Source of the DNA: Gemmatimonadaceae bacterium
Lineage (GTDB): Bacteria > Gemmatimonadota > Gemmatimonadetes > Gemmatimonadales > Gemmatimonadaceae
Length of the DNA: 47,056 bases
Direction of reading: 5' to 3'
NCBI GenBank assembly: GCA_036570225.1
Contig: DATCPG010000331.1
Span: forward strand, 1 to 47,056
Made by a program: the position numbers and the translations under genes
The notes under the pieces: generated by a model
The model's input: only the letters and a program-made list of their open reading frames with translations
Database searches by the model: none
What the model was told of the DNA's origin: nothing
In this document: in pieces, positions 8,588-18,811 of the stretch
How positions within the stretch are numbered: position 1 is the stretch's first letter
How the letters are laid out: every line of letters starts with the position of its first letter

Positions 8588-10639
8588 TCAAGCCGCCTCG
8601 GTTTCATCCAGCTCGGCGATCGCGGCGAGGAAGCGCGCGCCGTATCGCTCCAATTTCATTGGACCTACTCCGCGAACATCCTGTAAGGCGTTCACGGACC
8701 GTGGCCGCCTGACCGCCAGCTCCGCGAGAGTACGATCGGAGAATACAATATACGCCGGCACTTGTTCCTCGCGGGCGATCCTGCTGCGAACCGTCTTGAG
8801 CGCGGTCAGCGCCCGCTCCTCCACCGGACCGAGCGCGATCTCGTCATCGGTTGCGCGCGGTCGAGACGCCTCGCGAGATGTTTTCCTCGCGCGGCGCTGG
8901 CGTGGTGCCTCGTCAGCTTCAGGCACCGCGGCGATTCCGAGACAGTTGTCGCACCCGTCGCACCGCGCTCGCGCGGCAGGATCGCCGAAATACCGGAGGA
9001 CAAACCCGCGACGGCACTCCTTTGTGTACGCGTATTTCTGAACCGCCAAAAGCTTTGAGGTTTCAGCCGCGCGACGCCGATCAATGACTGCCCAGTCGAT
9101 GCGGAACTTTGCGAGCGGCGCAGATCGTTCCGCCAGATAGAGCCCAGCGCCGATTTTTTCCCACGTCAGAAACTGTCGGTTCTCGAGTGATTCCAGCAGA
9201 GGAATGGATGCGACCGCGCCGCCGAGGCCGGGCGGCAGCCCGTCGAGATCGACGACCGCGCCGGTTCGAAGCGCGGTGCCCACTCCGCGCCACAGCGCGC
9301 GCAACAACCCCAGCTCTGCGTTCGCTTCGCCGATCAGCTCGCGCTTGATCCGCTCAGGGGTGGCCAGCAGTCTCACGTGGACACGCGCCTGCTCGCCGTT
9401 GCTCGACGCAATGGCGCCGCTCCGTTCCAGAATTCTGAGAGCGCCATCGATTTCTCTGGCGTTGACCTTGGCCTTGACGGGCCGAACGAGGTCTTCGGGC
9501 TGAGCGCCAACGAATCCCTGTTTGTCGGACAGTTTCTTCAGCGCTTCGTAGACCTGCTCCACCGTCGCTCTCTCGGGATAGGATCCCTTGATGAAGAACT
9601 CGTGTGTGAAGCGATCGGGAAATGCGTGAAGGAGGAACACGTCCGAGTGCTGGCCGTCGCGGCCGGCGCGCCCGGCTTCCTGATAGTACGCCTCGAGAGT
9701 TCCGGGCATCGCGTAGTGAATCACGAGCCGGACGTTGGGCTTGTCGATCCCCATCCCGAACGCGTTGGTGGCGACGATTGCCCGGATGCTCTCCGACATG
9801 AACGCGTTTTGCACTTCGTGACGGCGGGCGTCGTCCAGTCCGGCGTGGTAGCCGGCGGCCGGGATTCTGGCGCGCTCGAGGACCGTCGTGAGGTGATCGA
9901 CCGCTTTGCGGGTAGAGGCATAAATGACCGCGAGCCCTTCGTGTTTCCTGAGGATCTCGACGAGGCGCCTTTCCTTCTCGGCGTCGTTTTTCACCGGAAT
10001 CACGAAGTAATGGAGATTCGGGCGATCGAACCCCGTGATGATCGTCTCGGGATTCCTGAGCGCCAGCTCACGACTGATGTCGCGCCGCACTTCGGGCGTC
10101 GCCGTTGCAGTCAGCGCGATCGTGGTCGGTGAGCCCAACGCCTCATGTACCTTCTTGACGCGGAGGTAGCTCGGGCGGAAATCGTGACCCCACTGGCTGA
10201 TGCAATGGGCTTCGTCGATTGCCAGGAGCGATACGCCCACTTTGCGAAGACGCTCGGCCGTCCTCCCATAATCGAACCGCTCGGGTGCGACGTAGAGGAG
10301 CTTGATCTCGCCACGCTCGACGCGCGCGAGCCGATCCGAAACCTGCCCCGATGAAAGCGTGCTGTTGATGAAGGCCGCTGGAAGTCCGCGCGCGGTCAGT
10401 GCGTCCACCTGGTCCTTCATCAACGAGATGAGAGGAGAGACCACGACGGTGAGGCCGGGCATCAGAAGCGCCGGCACCTGAAAGCAGAGCGACTTGCCTC
10501 CGCCGGTGGGCAGAACGACAACAGTGTCCCGGCCCGCGAGGATTGCTGAGACCGCCGCTTCCTGACCTGGACGGAACGCTGCGTAGCCGAATGCGCTCTT
10601 GAGGAGGTCGCGGGCGTTCTGAAGTGTCGGATTTGGCAT
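8588..10639 (-). CDS. recQ: RecQ-family ATP-dependent DNA helicase with HRDC domain
   Basis: FRPGQ, PTGGGKSLCFQ, DEAHCISQWGHDFRP, ATNAFGMGIDK, QEAGRAGRDG, CRR...CDGCDNC and a C-terminal HRDC (VPAYIVFSD). Start taken at MPNPTLQ. Confidence 0.95.
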   Translation of the reverse strand: MPNPTLQNARDLLKSAFGYAAFRPGQEAAVSAILAGRDTVVVLPTGGGKSLCFQVPALLMPGLTVVVSPLISLMKDQVDALTARGLPAAFINSTLSSGQVSDRLARVERGEIKLLYVAPERFDYGRTAERLRKVGVSLLAIDEAHCISQWGHDFRPSYLRVKKVHEALGSPTTIALTATATPEVRRDISRELALRNPETIITGFDRPNLHYFVIPVKNDAEKERRLVEILRKHEGLAVIYASTRKAVDHLTTVLERARIPAAGYHAGLDDARRHEVQNAFMSESIRAIVATNAFGMGIDKPNVRLVIHYAMPGTLEAYYQEAGRAGRDGQHSDVFLLHAFPDRFTHEFFIKGSYPERATVEQVYEALKKLSDKQGFVGAQPEDLVRPVKAKVNAREIDGALRILERSGAIASSNGEQARVHVRLLATPERIKRELIGEANAELGLLRALWRGVGTALRTGAVVDLDGLPPGLGGAVASIPLLESLENRQFLTWEKIGAGLYLAERSAPLAKFRIDWAVIDRRRAAETSKLLAVQKYAYTKECRRGFVLRYFGDPAARARCDGCDNCLGIAAVPEADEAPRQRRARKTSREASRPRATDDEIALGPVEERALTALKTVRSRIAREEQVPAYIVFSDRTLAELAVRRPRSVNALQDVRGVGPMKLERYGARFLAAIAELDETEAA

Positions 10640-10724
10640 CCGATTAAAGCTAGCGAGACTGACGAGAACGATGTGACCCTGCCCTGCGCGCGTAATTGTT
10701 GTGCTGCGACGCACGCCCGCTGAG

Positions 10725-11633
10725 CTAGAGGCCTTCGATCAGCCTCGCATAGAGCGCGGGATCGGCATTTCCGCCACTGATCACACAGCAGACGCGCTTC
10801 CCCTTGAATCGCGACGGCTCAGCCAGAACAGCACCAAGGGAGAGTGCTCCAGTGGGTTCGGCTTTGAGATTCGCCAATGCGAATAGCAGCCTCACACCTT
10901 CCATTATCTGCTCTTCAGAGACCTCTATCACTCCGGCCAGTCCGTGACTGAGTATCTCCCAGTTTCTATCGCCAATGCGCAGCACCTTCGCGCCGTCCGC
11001 TATCGTCGCGGATTCGCTCTCCTGAGACACGATGTGTCCAGCTCTGAACGATTCGGCTGCGTCATTGGCAAGGGTCGGCTCCGCGGCCAGGACCTGAATT
11101 CGTTTTCCGCTGCGTTCGACCGCTTTGACGAGACCTGACGTGAGCCCACCTCCACCTATCGGCGCGATTATGAAGTCGAGATCGAGTCCGAGTGCAAAAA
11201 GCTCAGTCGCCAGACTTGCATTCCCCTCGATCACGAACGGATCATCGTACGGGCTCGCCACGTAGGCTTCGGGAAATTGCCCAGCAAGCTCTGCCAGTCT
11301 TTCCAGCCGGCCCTGCTTCTTCACATCGACCAGGTCGACCTCCGCACCGTACTCGCGCACGGCATCGACCTTTATCCTTGGCGCAGCGGAAGGCATCACG
11401 ACGGTGCAGCGCTTCCCGAACAGCGAGCATGCGTACGCGATGGCCTGGCCGAAGTTCCCCGACGAGGCAGTGATTATGTGCGCCTGCTTGACGTTCGACG
11501 CGACGTTGTAGGCAGCGCGAAACTTGAAGCTGCCGGTGTACTGGAGAGTCTCGCTCGCCAGTACGAGGTCGACGCCGAGCTTTTTGGCAAGACGCGGCGC
11601 ATGGACGATCGTCGTCGGACGCGGTCGCGTCAC
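10725..11633 (-). CDS. PLP-dependent threonine/serine dehydratase family protein (no ACT domain)
   Basis: ETLQYTGSFKFRAA (PLP Lys), SSGNFG, PIGGGGL, ISGGN. Confidence 0.9.
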   Translation of the reverse strand: MTRPRPTTIVHAPRLAKKLGVDLVLASETLQYTGSFKFRAAYNVASNVKQAHIITASSGNFGQAIAYACSLFGKRCTVVMPSAAPRIKVDAVREYGAEVDLVDVKKQGRLERLAELAGQFPEAYVASPYDDPFVIEGNASLATELFALGLDLDFIIAPIGGGGLTSGLVKAVERSGKRIQVLAAEPTLANDAAESFRAGHIVSQESESATIADGAKVLRIGDRNWEILSHGLAGVIEVSEEQIMEGVRLLFALANLKAEPTGALSLGAVLAEPSRFKGKRVCCVISGGNADPALYARLIEGL

Positions 11634-11800
11634 TTAATTCCGCGAGGCTTGCGGGGCTTGAGGAACCGAAGAATCAGCGCGACGAACAAAAAAGCGATCC
11701 CAGCCCAACGGAGCGCACTGTCGTCCGCACGAATCCCCCACCCGAGGAGTACCGCGGCGATGAGCATCAACGCGAGCTTCGCGATCGTGAATGGGGTCAT
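11630..11800 (-). CDS. Small two-TM membrane protein (56 aa), absent from the ORF track
   Basis: AAGGAG SD then ATG; MTPFTIAKLALMLIAAVLLGWGIRADDSALRWAGIAFLFVALILRFLKPRKPRGIK*. ATGA overlap upstream and GTGA overlap downstream. Confidence 0.8.
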   Translation of the reverse strand: MTPFTIAKLALMLIAAVLLGWGIRADDSALRWAGIAFLFVALILRFLKPRKPRGIK

Positions 11801-12561
11801 GTCTCCTTCGTCCGACTTGTGAATCGCTTGACGCCCTCGCGGAAATCGCTCGTCGCGCGGGCATCGGCATTGGCGACAATACCGGCTGAGATTCCATCGA
11901 GGAACCCGAGATTGTCGAGCTTGTAGAAAAGCGATTTCGTTGCGGCCATCGCGCTTCGCGGCTGCTTCGCGAGCTCCTCGAGCACTGCTTGCGAGAGTCC
12001 CTGAAATTCACTGGCCGCGAACACCCGGGACACCAGTCCAATCTCTTTCGCCTGGTCGGCGCTCAGGATGCGTCCCGTGCTCACGAGATCAAAGGCCTGT
12101 TTCTCACCGACCGATCGGCGCAGCATCGTCATCACCATGGCGGGCACGAAGCCGATCGTTACCTCCGGATACGCGAACCTCGCCTCCTCGTGCGCCAACA
12201 CAATGTCGCAAGCAGTCGCCAGTCCGGCGCCTCCAGCGTACGCGCGCCCTCTCACCAGGGCGACGACGGGCTTCTCCATCCGCCGGATCGTATGAAACAC
12301 GTGGCCCAGCGCCTTGGCATCCTCGAGGTGCTGCGAGCGTGGCGCATCCAGCATTTCCTCCAGCGCTGCGAGATCGGCACCGGCACAGAAGTCTGCCCCT
12401 TCTCCTTCGATGGCTACGACGTTTACAGCCGACTCGCTGAGCGCGAACAGCGCCTCCGCCAGCTCGTCTGCCGTGACCCGGTCGAGCGCGTTCTTCTTCT
12501 CGGGGCGAGCAAGAGTGATCCTGCCAATCGCCCCCTCAACCGTCAAACGAATGTTCTTCAT
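11797..12561 (-). CDS. Enoyl-CoA hydratase/crotonase (methylglutaconyl-CoA hydratase LiuC/AtuE-like)
   Basis: LARPEKKNAL, FCAGADL, AGGAGLATACD (first Glu absent), PEV.IG; lies next to a carboxyltransferase. Confidence 0.9.
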   Translation of the reverse strand: MKNIRLTVEGAIGRITLARPEKKNALDRVTADELAEALFALSESAVNVVAIEGEGADFCAGADLAALEEMLDAPRSQHLEDAKALGHVFHTIRRMEKPVVALVRGRAYAGGAGLATACDIVLAHEEARFAYPEVTIGFVPAMVMTMLRRSVGEKQAFDLVSTGRILSADQAKEIGLVSRVFAASEFQGLSQAVLEELAKQPRSAMAATKSLFYKLDNLGFLDGISAGIVANADARATSDFREGVKRFTSRTKET

Positions 12562-12911
12562 TTGCCCGCCGGCAGCGCGAGTCGCGTGGCGTCGGTATCC
12601 GGTACATCGATGACCATCCGGAGGAGTGCCGTCGAGAAAACCTTCCCCTGCGCATCCGTCTTGAGAGAGAGGGTTCCCCCACCATCGAGCGCGCCGTGCA
12701 ACAAGAAGTTGAGCGCGTTCAGGTTCGGAAGCTCGTAACGCTCGACGTCGCCGTCGATCATGCCGCGGAAGTGCTCGGCGACTCGCGTTCGCGTAACGAA
12801 TCGCTCGAGCACGTCATACCATCGCGGCTGGAGGGCGATCACGCCGACGTTGGCGGTGTCGCCTTTGTCGCCAGAGCGCGCATGGGCGATGTCGAGGAGC
12901 CGGACCTTCAT
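12558..12911 (-). CDS. AtuA C-terminal-domain-like protein
   Basis: [44 protein letters not shown]. Confidence 0.85.
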   Translation of the reverse strand: MKVRLLDIAHARSGDKGDTANVGVIALQPRWYDVLERFVTRTRVAEHFRGMIDGDVERYELPNLNALNFLLHGALDGGGTLSLKTDAQGKVFSTALLRMVIDVPDTDATRLALPAGK

Positions 12912-14266
12912 GAGATGATCTCGACTTTTGGTTTCACGACCGATTTATCCACGAGTGCCGGCCAGTACGCCACGATCTCCTCCACTTTCGGCCTGCCGCC
13001 CGCGAAGCCGGTCACGCTTGGCGGACCATTGAGAACGAGCGGGGCGATCTCTCGCGTGAATCGTTCCACAGCCGCGCGATCCGTGCCGCGAACCCCGAAT
13101 CGAAGCTGAACTTCTGGAGCATCGCGTGTTTCCCCCGCAAGCGCGCCGTGCGTAGCGTTCGCACCGACGAACTCGGTCAGAACACGATCGAATTTCAAGC
13201 CAAGACGGTCGAGCCGCTCACGTAGAATTCTGTCAGCCGCCTGGGCTTTCGCGAGTGCCTCTGGCCACGCATACACGAGCGTGCCTACCGCCTTGAATCC
13301 CGCGCGGTAGGCGATCGATACCTTGAGCTTGTCGGTCGGCGGCTTGCCTTTGATGCCCGAGACGAGAACGCGATCGTCGCCATCCTGCGCAAGGCGAATG
13401 GTGGTGAAATCCGCGATTACATCGGGCGTGATGTACGAGTGCGGGTCGCCCATCTCGTAGACAAGCTGCTCACTGACCGTCGGTACCGAGACTCTGCCTC
13501 CGGTGCCGGGATGCTTGGTCACGACGAATGTGCCATCGGCACGCGCTTCGACCAGTGGATAGCCGACGTTCGCCAGGTCGGGGATGGATTTCCAGTCGTA
13601 AAGGCAGTTTCCGCCCGAGCACTGCGCGCCGCACTCGATGATGTGCCCAGCGACGATTCCGGCGGCGAGCTGATCCCAGCTTTCGGCGCCCCAACCGAAC
13701 TCGTGACGAAGCGGAGCCATGGTCAGGGCCGTGTCAGTTGATCTTCCGGTAATGACGACATTCGCGCCGCCCTCGAGCGCCTCGACGATGGGCTCAGATC
13801 CGAGGTACGCGTTCGCCGACAGCACGCGGTTTCTGACAGTCGAGAGTGGCTCGCCAGTCTCCATGTTGGCGAGCGCGTGACCGTGCTCCATCAGATCGTC
13901 AAGACGGCCGAGCAGGTCGTCGCCCATTACGACCCCAATCCGCAACTTGCTTCCGCGACGCTGCGCTCCGACAAGCCTGACTGCCTCCGCGCACGCACGT
14001 GGATTTACGCCTCCGGCATTGGCGACGACTTTCACTCCCTTGTCCAGCACGGCTGGCAGAATGCTCTCCATTGCGCCGACGAAGTCCCTCGCGTAGCCCA
14101 GCGACGGATCCCGCTCTTTCTGCTTCTGCAGAATCGACATCGTGACTTCGGCCAGATAATCGAGCATCAGGTAATCGATCTTTCCGCCCTCCACCTGCCG
14201 TCGCGGGGCGTCGAGATCGTCCCCCCAGAATCCCTGACCCGCCGCGACGCGAACTATGTCCTTCAA
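12908..14266 (-). CDS. Acyclic terpene utilization AtuA / DUF1446 family protein
   Basis: [60 protein letters not shown]. Confidence 0.92.
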   Translation of the reverse strand: MKDIVRVAAGQGFWGDDLDAPRRQVEGGKIDYLMLDYLAEVTMSILQKQKERDPSLGYARDFVGAMESILPAVLDKGVKVVANAGGVNPRACAEAVRLVGAQRRGSKLRIGVVMGDDLLGRLDDLMEHGHALANMETGEPLSTVRNRVLSANAYLGSEPIVEALEGGANVVITGRSTDTALTMAPLRHEFGWGAESWDQLAAGIVAGHIIECGAQCSGGNCLYDWKSIPDLANVGYPLVEARADGTFVVTKHPGTGGRVSVPTVSEQLVYEMGDPHSYITPDVIADFTTIRLAQDGDDRVLVSGIKGKPPTDKLKVSIAYRAGFKAVGTLVYAWPEALAKAQAADRILRERLDRLGLKFDRVLTEFVGANATHGALAGETRDAPEVQLRFGVRGTDRAAVERFTREIAPLVLNGPPSVTGFAGGRPKVEEIVAYWPALVDKSVVKPKVEIIS

Positions 14267-15882
14267 CTGGTTTCTCCGAGGTGCGGCGGCAGCACGAACG
14301 GGCCGAGGTGTGGTCCTGGATTGTGCAGCGTGGCGCGAAGAGCGAGGCTCAGCATCTCGCGCGTATTCTCCGGATAGACGATCGCATCGACGAAGCCGCG
14401 GGCCGCGGCGTAGCGCGCATCCAGCTGGCTCTCGTAATCGGCACGCATCTCGTCCACCGCGGCAACCACTTCAGGCGGAGGAGCGTTTCCTGTTTGTTTC
14501 GCTGTCTCGAGCGCGGGACCGTGCACCGCCTGAACGGCGGACTCGCCCTCCATCACCGCCATTCGTCCAGTCGGCCAGCTGAGGATGAAATCAGGATCGA
14601 ACCCCTGACCCGCCATCGCGTAGTAACCAGCGCCCGACGCGTGGTTTACCGTCAGAACTATTTTCGGGACGAGAGCCGTCGCCATCGCTTCGACGAAGCG
14701 CGCGCCAGCACGGATGATCCCACCCTGCTCCGCTTCGGTTCCAACCATGAAGCCGGAAACATCCTGCACGAAAAGGAGTGGTATCCCCAGCCGGTCGCAC
14801 CGATCGATGAAGTACGCGACTTTTTCGGCGCTCTCCGTGTAGACGATACCGCCGAAATGGGGCTTCTCGCCTTCGCGTCCCTTGATGAGGCCGCGCTGGT
14901 TGGCAATGACGCCGACGCTTATTCCGTCGATGCGAGCGTCGCCACAGATCATCTCACGCGCCATGCCCTCCTGGAATTCATCGATCTTTCCGTTGTCGAG
15001 AAGTGCGCCGAGAATCTGGTGCATGTCGTAGGACATGCGGTGATCCGCGGGAAGCAGATCGTAGAGCTGCTCGGCGCTGGCGGTCGCTCCGCTCTCGCGC
15101 GGAAACAACGCGACGTCGCGACTCGAGATTGGCAGGCGCTCTATCAGGTCACGGATCTTGGCGATGCACGATTCGTCATCGTCGAGCGCGTAGTGCGCGA
15201 CACCACTGATCTCGGTGTGGGTTGACGCCCCGCCGAGAGTTTCCGAATCGACAACCTGTCCGGTCGCGCCCTTCACGAGGTTGGGACCGCCCAATCCCAT
15301 AAAGGAGCTTCCCTTCACCATGAGGATCACATCCGAGAGCGCGGGCAGATACGCTCCGCCGGCAACGCATTGTCCCATCACGGCCGCGATCTGGGGGACG
15401 CGCAGATAGCGGCGCATGATCGAGTTGTAGTAGAAAATCCGCGCGGCACCGTACTGCCCCGGGAAAACACCGCCCTGGTAAGGAAGATTGACACCGGCAG
15501 AATCGACGAGGTACACGATCGGGATTCGGCAGCGCATCGCGATTTCCTGGGCGCGGAGAATCTTCTTTATGGTCTCGGGCCACCACGAGCCGGCCTTGAC
15601 GGTCGCGTCGTTCGCGACGACGACTGTCTCGCGCCCGTGTACCCGTATGATCGCCGTGACGACTCCCGCCGCCGGAGCCTGACCCTTGTACTGGTCGTAT
15701 GCGATCAGCAACCCGATCTCCAGCATGCTGGATCCGGGATCACGCAGGAGCTCTACGCGCTCGCGAGCAGTGAGCTTTCCCTGCTTGTGGAGCTTCTCGA
15801 TCTTCTTCGCGCCGCCGGCCTCGCGGAGCTTGTCTTCGAGCGCTCGTACCTGATCGCTCAGCTCACGCAAGCGGTTGCTCAT
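14263..15882 (-). CDS. Acyl-CoA carboxylase carboxyltransferase subunit (methylcrotonyl/geranyl-CoA carboxylase beta-like)
   Basis: [52 protein letters not shown]. Start MSNRL in a TAATG overlap. Confidence 0.92.
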   Translation of the reverse strand: MSNRLRELSDQVRALEDKLREAGGAKKIEKLHKQGKLTARERVELLRDPGSSMLEIGLLIAYDQYKGQAPAAGVVTAIIRVHGRETVVVANDATVKAGSWWPETIKKILRAQEIAMRCRIPIVYLVDSAGVNLPYQGGVFPGQYGAARIFYYNSIMRRYLRVPQIAAVMGQCVAGGAYLPALSDVILMVKGSSFMGLGGPNLVKGATGQVVDSETLGGASTHTEISGVAHYALDDDESCIAKIRDLIERLPISSRDVALFPRESGATASAEQLYDLLPADHRMSYDMHQILGALLDNGKIDEFQEGMAREMICGDARIDGISVGVIANQRGLIKGREGEKPHFGGIVYTESAEKVAYFIDRCDRLGIPLLFVQDVSGFMVGTEAEQGGIIRAGARFVEAMATALVPKIVLTVNHASGAGYYAMAGQGFDPDFILSWPTGRMAVMEGESAVQAVHGPALETAKQTGNAPPPEVVAAVDEMRADYESQLDARYAAARGFVDAIVYPENTREMLSLALRATLHNPGPHLGPFVLPPHLGETS

Positions 15883-16292
15883 TACGCTTCCCGCTTTTCG
15901 TGCGCCTGGAACCACTCCTTGATGTACGCGATCAGCTCGCTCGTGGGAGTTCCTGGCCCGAAGAGTCGGCCGATCCCCTTCTCGGAAAGCGCGTCAACAT
16001 CCTCCTTGGGAATGATGCCGCCGCCGGTGATGAGGATATCGTCGCGGCCCTGAGCACGCACCAACTCCTGGACCCGCGGAATGAGCGTCATGTGCGCGCC
16101 ACTCAGAATGGAGAGTCCGATCACGTCGACGTCCTCCTGAATGGCTGCGGTCGCGATCATCTCCGGCGTCTGGTGCAGACCGGTGTAGATGACTTCCATC
16201 CCTGCGTCGCGGAGGGCAGCGGCCACGACCTTGGCGCCACGGTCATGTCCGTCGAGGCCGGGCTTGGCAACAAGTACTCGGATTGGTCTCAT
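15882..16292 (-). CDS. Acyl-CoA mutase small (cobalamin-binding) subunit
   Basis: [13 protein letters not shown] (DxHxxG B12 motif), [19 protein letters not shown]. Confidence 0.95.
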   Translation of the reverse strand: MRPIRVLVAKPGLDGHDRGAKVVAAALRDAGMEVIYTGLHQTPEMIATAAIQEDVDVIGLSILSGAHMTLIPRVQELVRAQGRDDILITGGGIIPKEDVDALSEKGIGRLFGPGTPTSELIAYIKEWFQAHEKREA

Positions 16293-16302
16293 AGAGTGGT
16301 CA

Positions 16303-16332
16303 AAGTTAGCCGTTACGACGTACGAGCGGCAA
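16303..16332 (-). promoter_or_regulatory. Internal promoter upstream of the mutase small subunit
   Basis: Minus strand TTGCCG (16332-16327), 18 nt spacer, TAACTT (16308-16303), 10 nt before the ATG; no SD. Confidence 0.5.
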
Positions 16333-16337
16333 TCGGC

Positions 16338-17090
16338 TCACCCTTTGCGCGCGAGGAGCAGCATCTCGGACGATGTTCGGCGGAGCGACCGATCGTGGAA
16401 TCCGTCGAAGGCCTGCTCCACGACGAGTCCCGCCTCGGCGCACAACTCAGCGAGCCTTGTCGGTGTGTAGAGGCGGAGCCTGTGCTCGCGGGTTCCTTTC
16501 TTGTTGCCGCGCCGCCAGATCGAATGCACCGTCAGCACGCCGGACAGCGAGTCGAACTCGCGCTCCTGCGCAAAGACCGTCCCGTCACTGGTCGTCCACC
16601 AATCACGCTCGAGGAAACGAGCCATGACGCCGTCTCTGTTCCCGCCATGCCACACCAACATTCCGCCGGGCCTGAGCACGCGCGCAAACTCCCTGATCAC
16701 ACGCGCGTCGTCGTTCGGGTGCGCAAAGAATCCGAATGACGTGAACAGGTTGAGCACCGCGTCGAAGCGGCCCGTCCACTTTGCCGGCAGCTTCCGCATG
16801 TCGCCGCGGACGTAGCGGAGATTCTTCGCTGTCCCGCGCTTGCGAGCTACCGAGAGAAGATCGCCCGAGTAATCGAGACCATCCACATCGTAGCCCGCTT
16901 CGGCGAGAAGGTGGGCGTGCCGTCCCTGCCCGCATGGCACGTCGAGCACTCGCGCCCGATTCGGGAGGCCAAGCAGCTCGATGATACGCGAAATCTCCTG
17001 GCGGTCGCGCTCGGGCGTGAAAAGAAGGCCGTACTCCAGGAGGTAGTGGGCGTCGAAGGCCGACTCCCACCACTCTTTCGATTTCTTCAG
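16338..17090 (-). CDS. Class I SAM-dependent methyltransferase
   Basis: [40 protein letters not shown]. No ATG/GTG/TTG lies between the mutase stop and motif I, so the start is placed at CTG in a CTGA overlap (see findings). Confidence 0.85.
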   Translation of the reverse strand: MKKSKEWWESAFDAHYLLEYGLLFTPERDRQEISRIIELLGLPNRARVLDVPCGQGRHAHLLAEAGYDVDGLDYSGDLLSVARKRGTAKNLRYVRGDMRKLPAKWTGRFDAVLNLFTSFGFFAHPNDDARVIREFARVLRPGGMLVWHGGNRDGVMARFLERDWWTTSDGTVFAQEREFDSLSGVLTVHSIWRRGNKKGTREHRLRLYTPTRLAELCAEAGLVVEQAFDGFHDRSLRRTSSEMLLLARKG

Positions 17091-18811
17091 AAGAAAACGG
17101 GCTCGCGGTAGGCGCCGAACACCGTTTCCATCGCCGCGCGAATCTCGTAGAGCGTGCAATAGGCCCGCGCACAATCGAGGATATAGGGCATCAGATTCTC
17201 GGGCGTCTTCGCGGCGTTGCGCAAAGCTGCGAGACGCTTGTCCACCAGCGCGTTGTCGCGCTCCGCGCGCAACGTCGCCATGCGTTGCTTCTGATCCCGC
17301 TCGGTTTCTTCGGCGATCTTGAGCAACTCGATCCTGAGCTCCGGCTCGTCGGTGACGAACTCGTTGACGCCGACGATCACGCGACGGTGCTGCTCGATCT
17401 CCCATTGCTGACGCGCAGCCGACTCGTTGATTTTTCTCTGGAGCCAGCCCGTCTCGAGGCCGCGAACCACGCCGCCGACCTCCTCTATCTGCTTGAAATA
17501 CATCTCCGCTTCGCGCTCGAGCTCTGTGGTCAGTGTCTCGACGTAGTAGGAGCCGCCGAGGGGATCGATGACATTTGGGACACCGGTCTCGTATGCGAGA
17601 ACCTGCTGAGTGCGAAGCGCGACCTGCACGGATTCCTCAGTGGGGAGCGCAAGTGTCTCGTCCATCGAGTTCGTGTGGAGGGATTGCGTTCCCCCGAGCA
17701 CCGCGGCCATCGCCTGATAGGCAACGCGGATCACGTTGTTCATCGGCTGTTGGGCGGTGAGCGTGACTCCCGCCGTCTGCGAGTGAAACCGCATCACCAG
17801 CGATCGCGGGTCCCTGGCGCCGTACCGATCCTTCATGTGGCGGGCCCAGATGCGTCGCGCCGCGCGAAGCTTGGCGATTTCCTCGAAGAAATCGTTGTGG
17901 ATATCCCAGAAGAACGAGAGCCTCGGCGCGAATGTGTCGACGTCGAGGCCTCGAGCAATTCCGCGCTCCACGTAAGTGAAGCCATCGGCGAGTGTGAAAG
18001 CGAGCTCCTGGGCGGCGGTAGCGCCCGCTTCGCGGATGTGATAGCCGGAAATCGAGATCGTATTCCACTGCGGAACGTGCTCGGCCGACCACTCGAAGCA
18101 ATCGATGATCAGTCTCAGCGCCGGCTCGATGGGATAGACCCACGCATGCTGCGCCATGTACTCCTTGAGGATGTCGTTCTGTATCGTGCCGCGAAGCTTG
18201 TGCGAGTCGATTCCCTTTTTCTCGGCAGCCGCGATGTAGAAACAGTACAGGATGACTGCCGGACCGTTGATGGTCATCGATGTCGAGACTTCGTCGAGCG
18301 GGATTCCGTCGAACAGCGTCTCCATGTCGGCGAGACTCGAGATTGCGACACCGCACTTGCCAACCTCACCCTCCGAGCGCGCGTGGTCGGAGTCATATCC
18401 CATCAACGTCGGAAAATCGAACGCCACCGAGAGGCCGGTCTGTCCGTGCGCGAGCAGGAACTTGTACCGCTCATTGGTATCGCTCGCGCTTCCGAATCCG
18501 GCGAACTGACGCATTGTCCACAGGCGTCCGCGATAGCCGGTCGGATGAATGCCTCTCGTGTATGGATACACGCCCGGCATTCCAAGTGCGGCCGCGTCGG
18601 TTTCCGCGGCATCCAGCGGCGTATAGACGGGCTGGACCTCCTTTTCGGAGTTCGTGAAGGCAATGTCGCGCAGCTCGCCCTTCTCGTATTTCCTGCGCCA
18701 TTCGGCGACTTCTTTCCGGAGCAGGCGCAGCTCAGCGCTCTGCTCCTCGTTCGTCGCGATCAGATCTCTGTCGGCAGCGCCCTTCGACTCGGGGCTTTTG
18801 AGTTTGCTCAT
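17087..18811 (-). CDS. B12-dependent acyl-CoA mutase large subunit, isobutyryl-CoA mutase (IcmA)-type signature
   Basis: [69 protein letters not shown]. Confidence 0.93.
   Translation of the reverse strand: MSKLKSPESKGAADRDLIATNEEQSAELRLLRKEVAEWRRKYEKGELRDIAFTNSEKEVQPVYTPLDAAETDAAALGMPGVYPYTRGIHPTGYRGRLWTMRQFAGFGSASDTNERYKFLLAHGQTGLSVAFDFPTLMGYDSDHARSEGEVGKCGVAISSLADMETLFDGIPLDEVSTSMTINGPAVILYCFYIAAAEKKGIDSHKLRGTIQNDILKEYMAQHAWVYPIEPALRLIIDCFEWSAEHVPQWNTISISGYHIREAGATAAQELAFTLADGFTYVERGIARGLDVDTFAPRLSFFWDIHNDFFEEIAKLRAARRIWARHMKDRYGARDPRSLVMRFHSQTAGVTLTAQQPMNNVIRVAYQAMAAVLGGTQSLHTNSMDETLALPTEESVQVALRTQQVLAYETGVPNVIDPLGGSYYVETLTTELEREAEMYFKQIEEVGGVVRGLETGWLQRKINESAARQQWEIEQHRRVIVGVNEFVTDEPELRIELLKIAEETERDQKQRMATLRAERDNALVDKRLAALRNAAKTPENLMPYILDCARAYCTLYEIRAAMETVFGAYREPVFF

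Noticed and set aside
11634-12041. 135-aa minus-strand ORF spanning the crotonase/dehydratase gap
   Set aside because: Wrong frame; the 56-aa ORF at 11630-11800 has the SD, the coupled junctions and a sensible protein.
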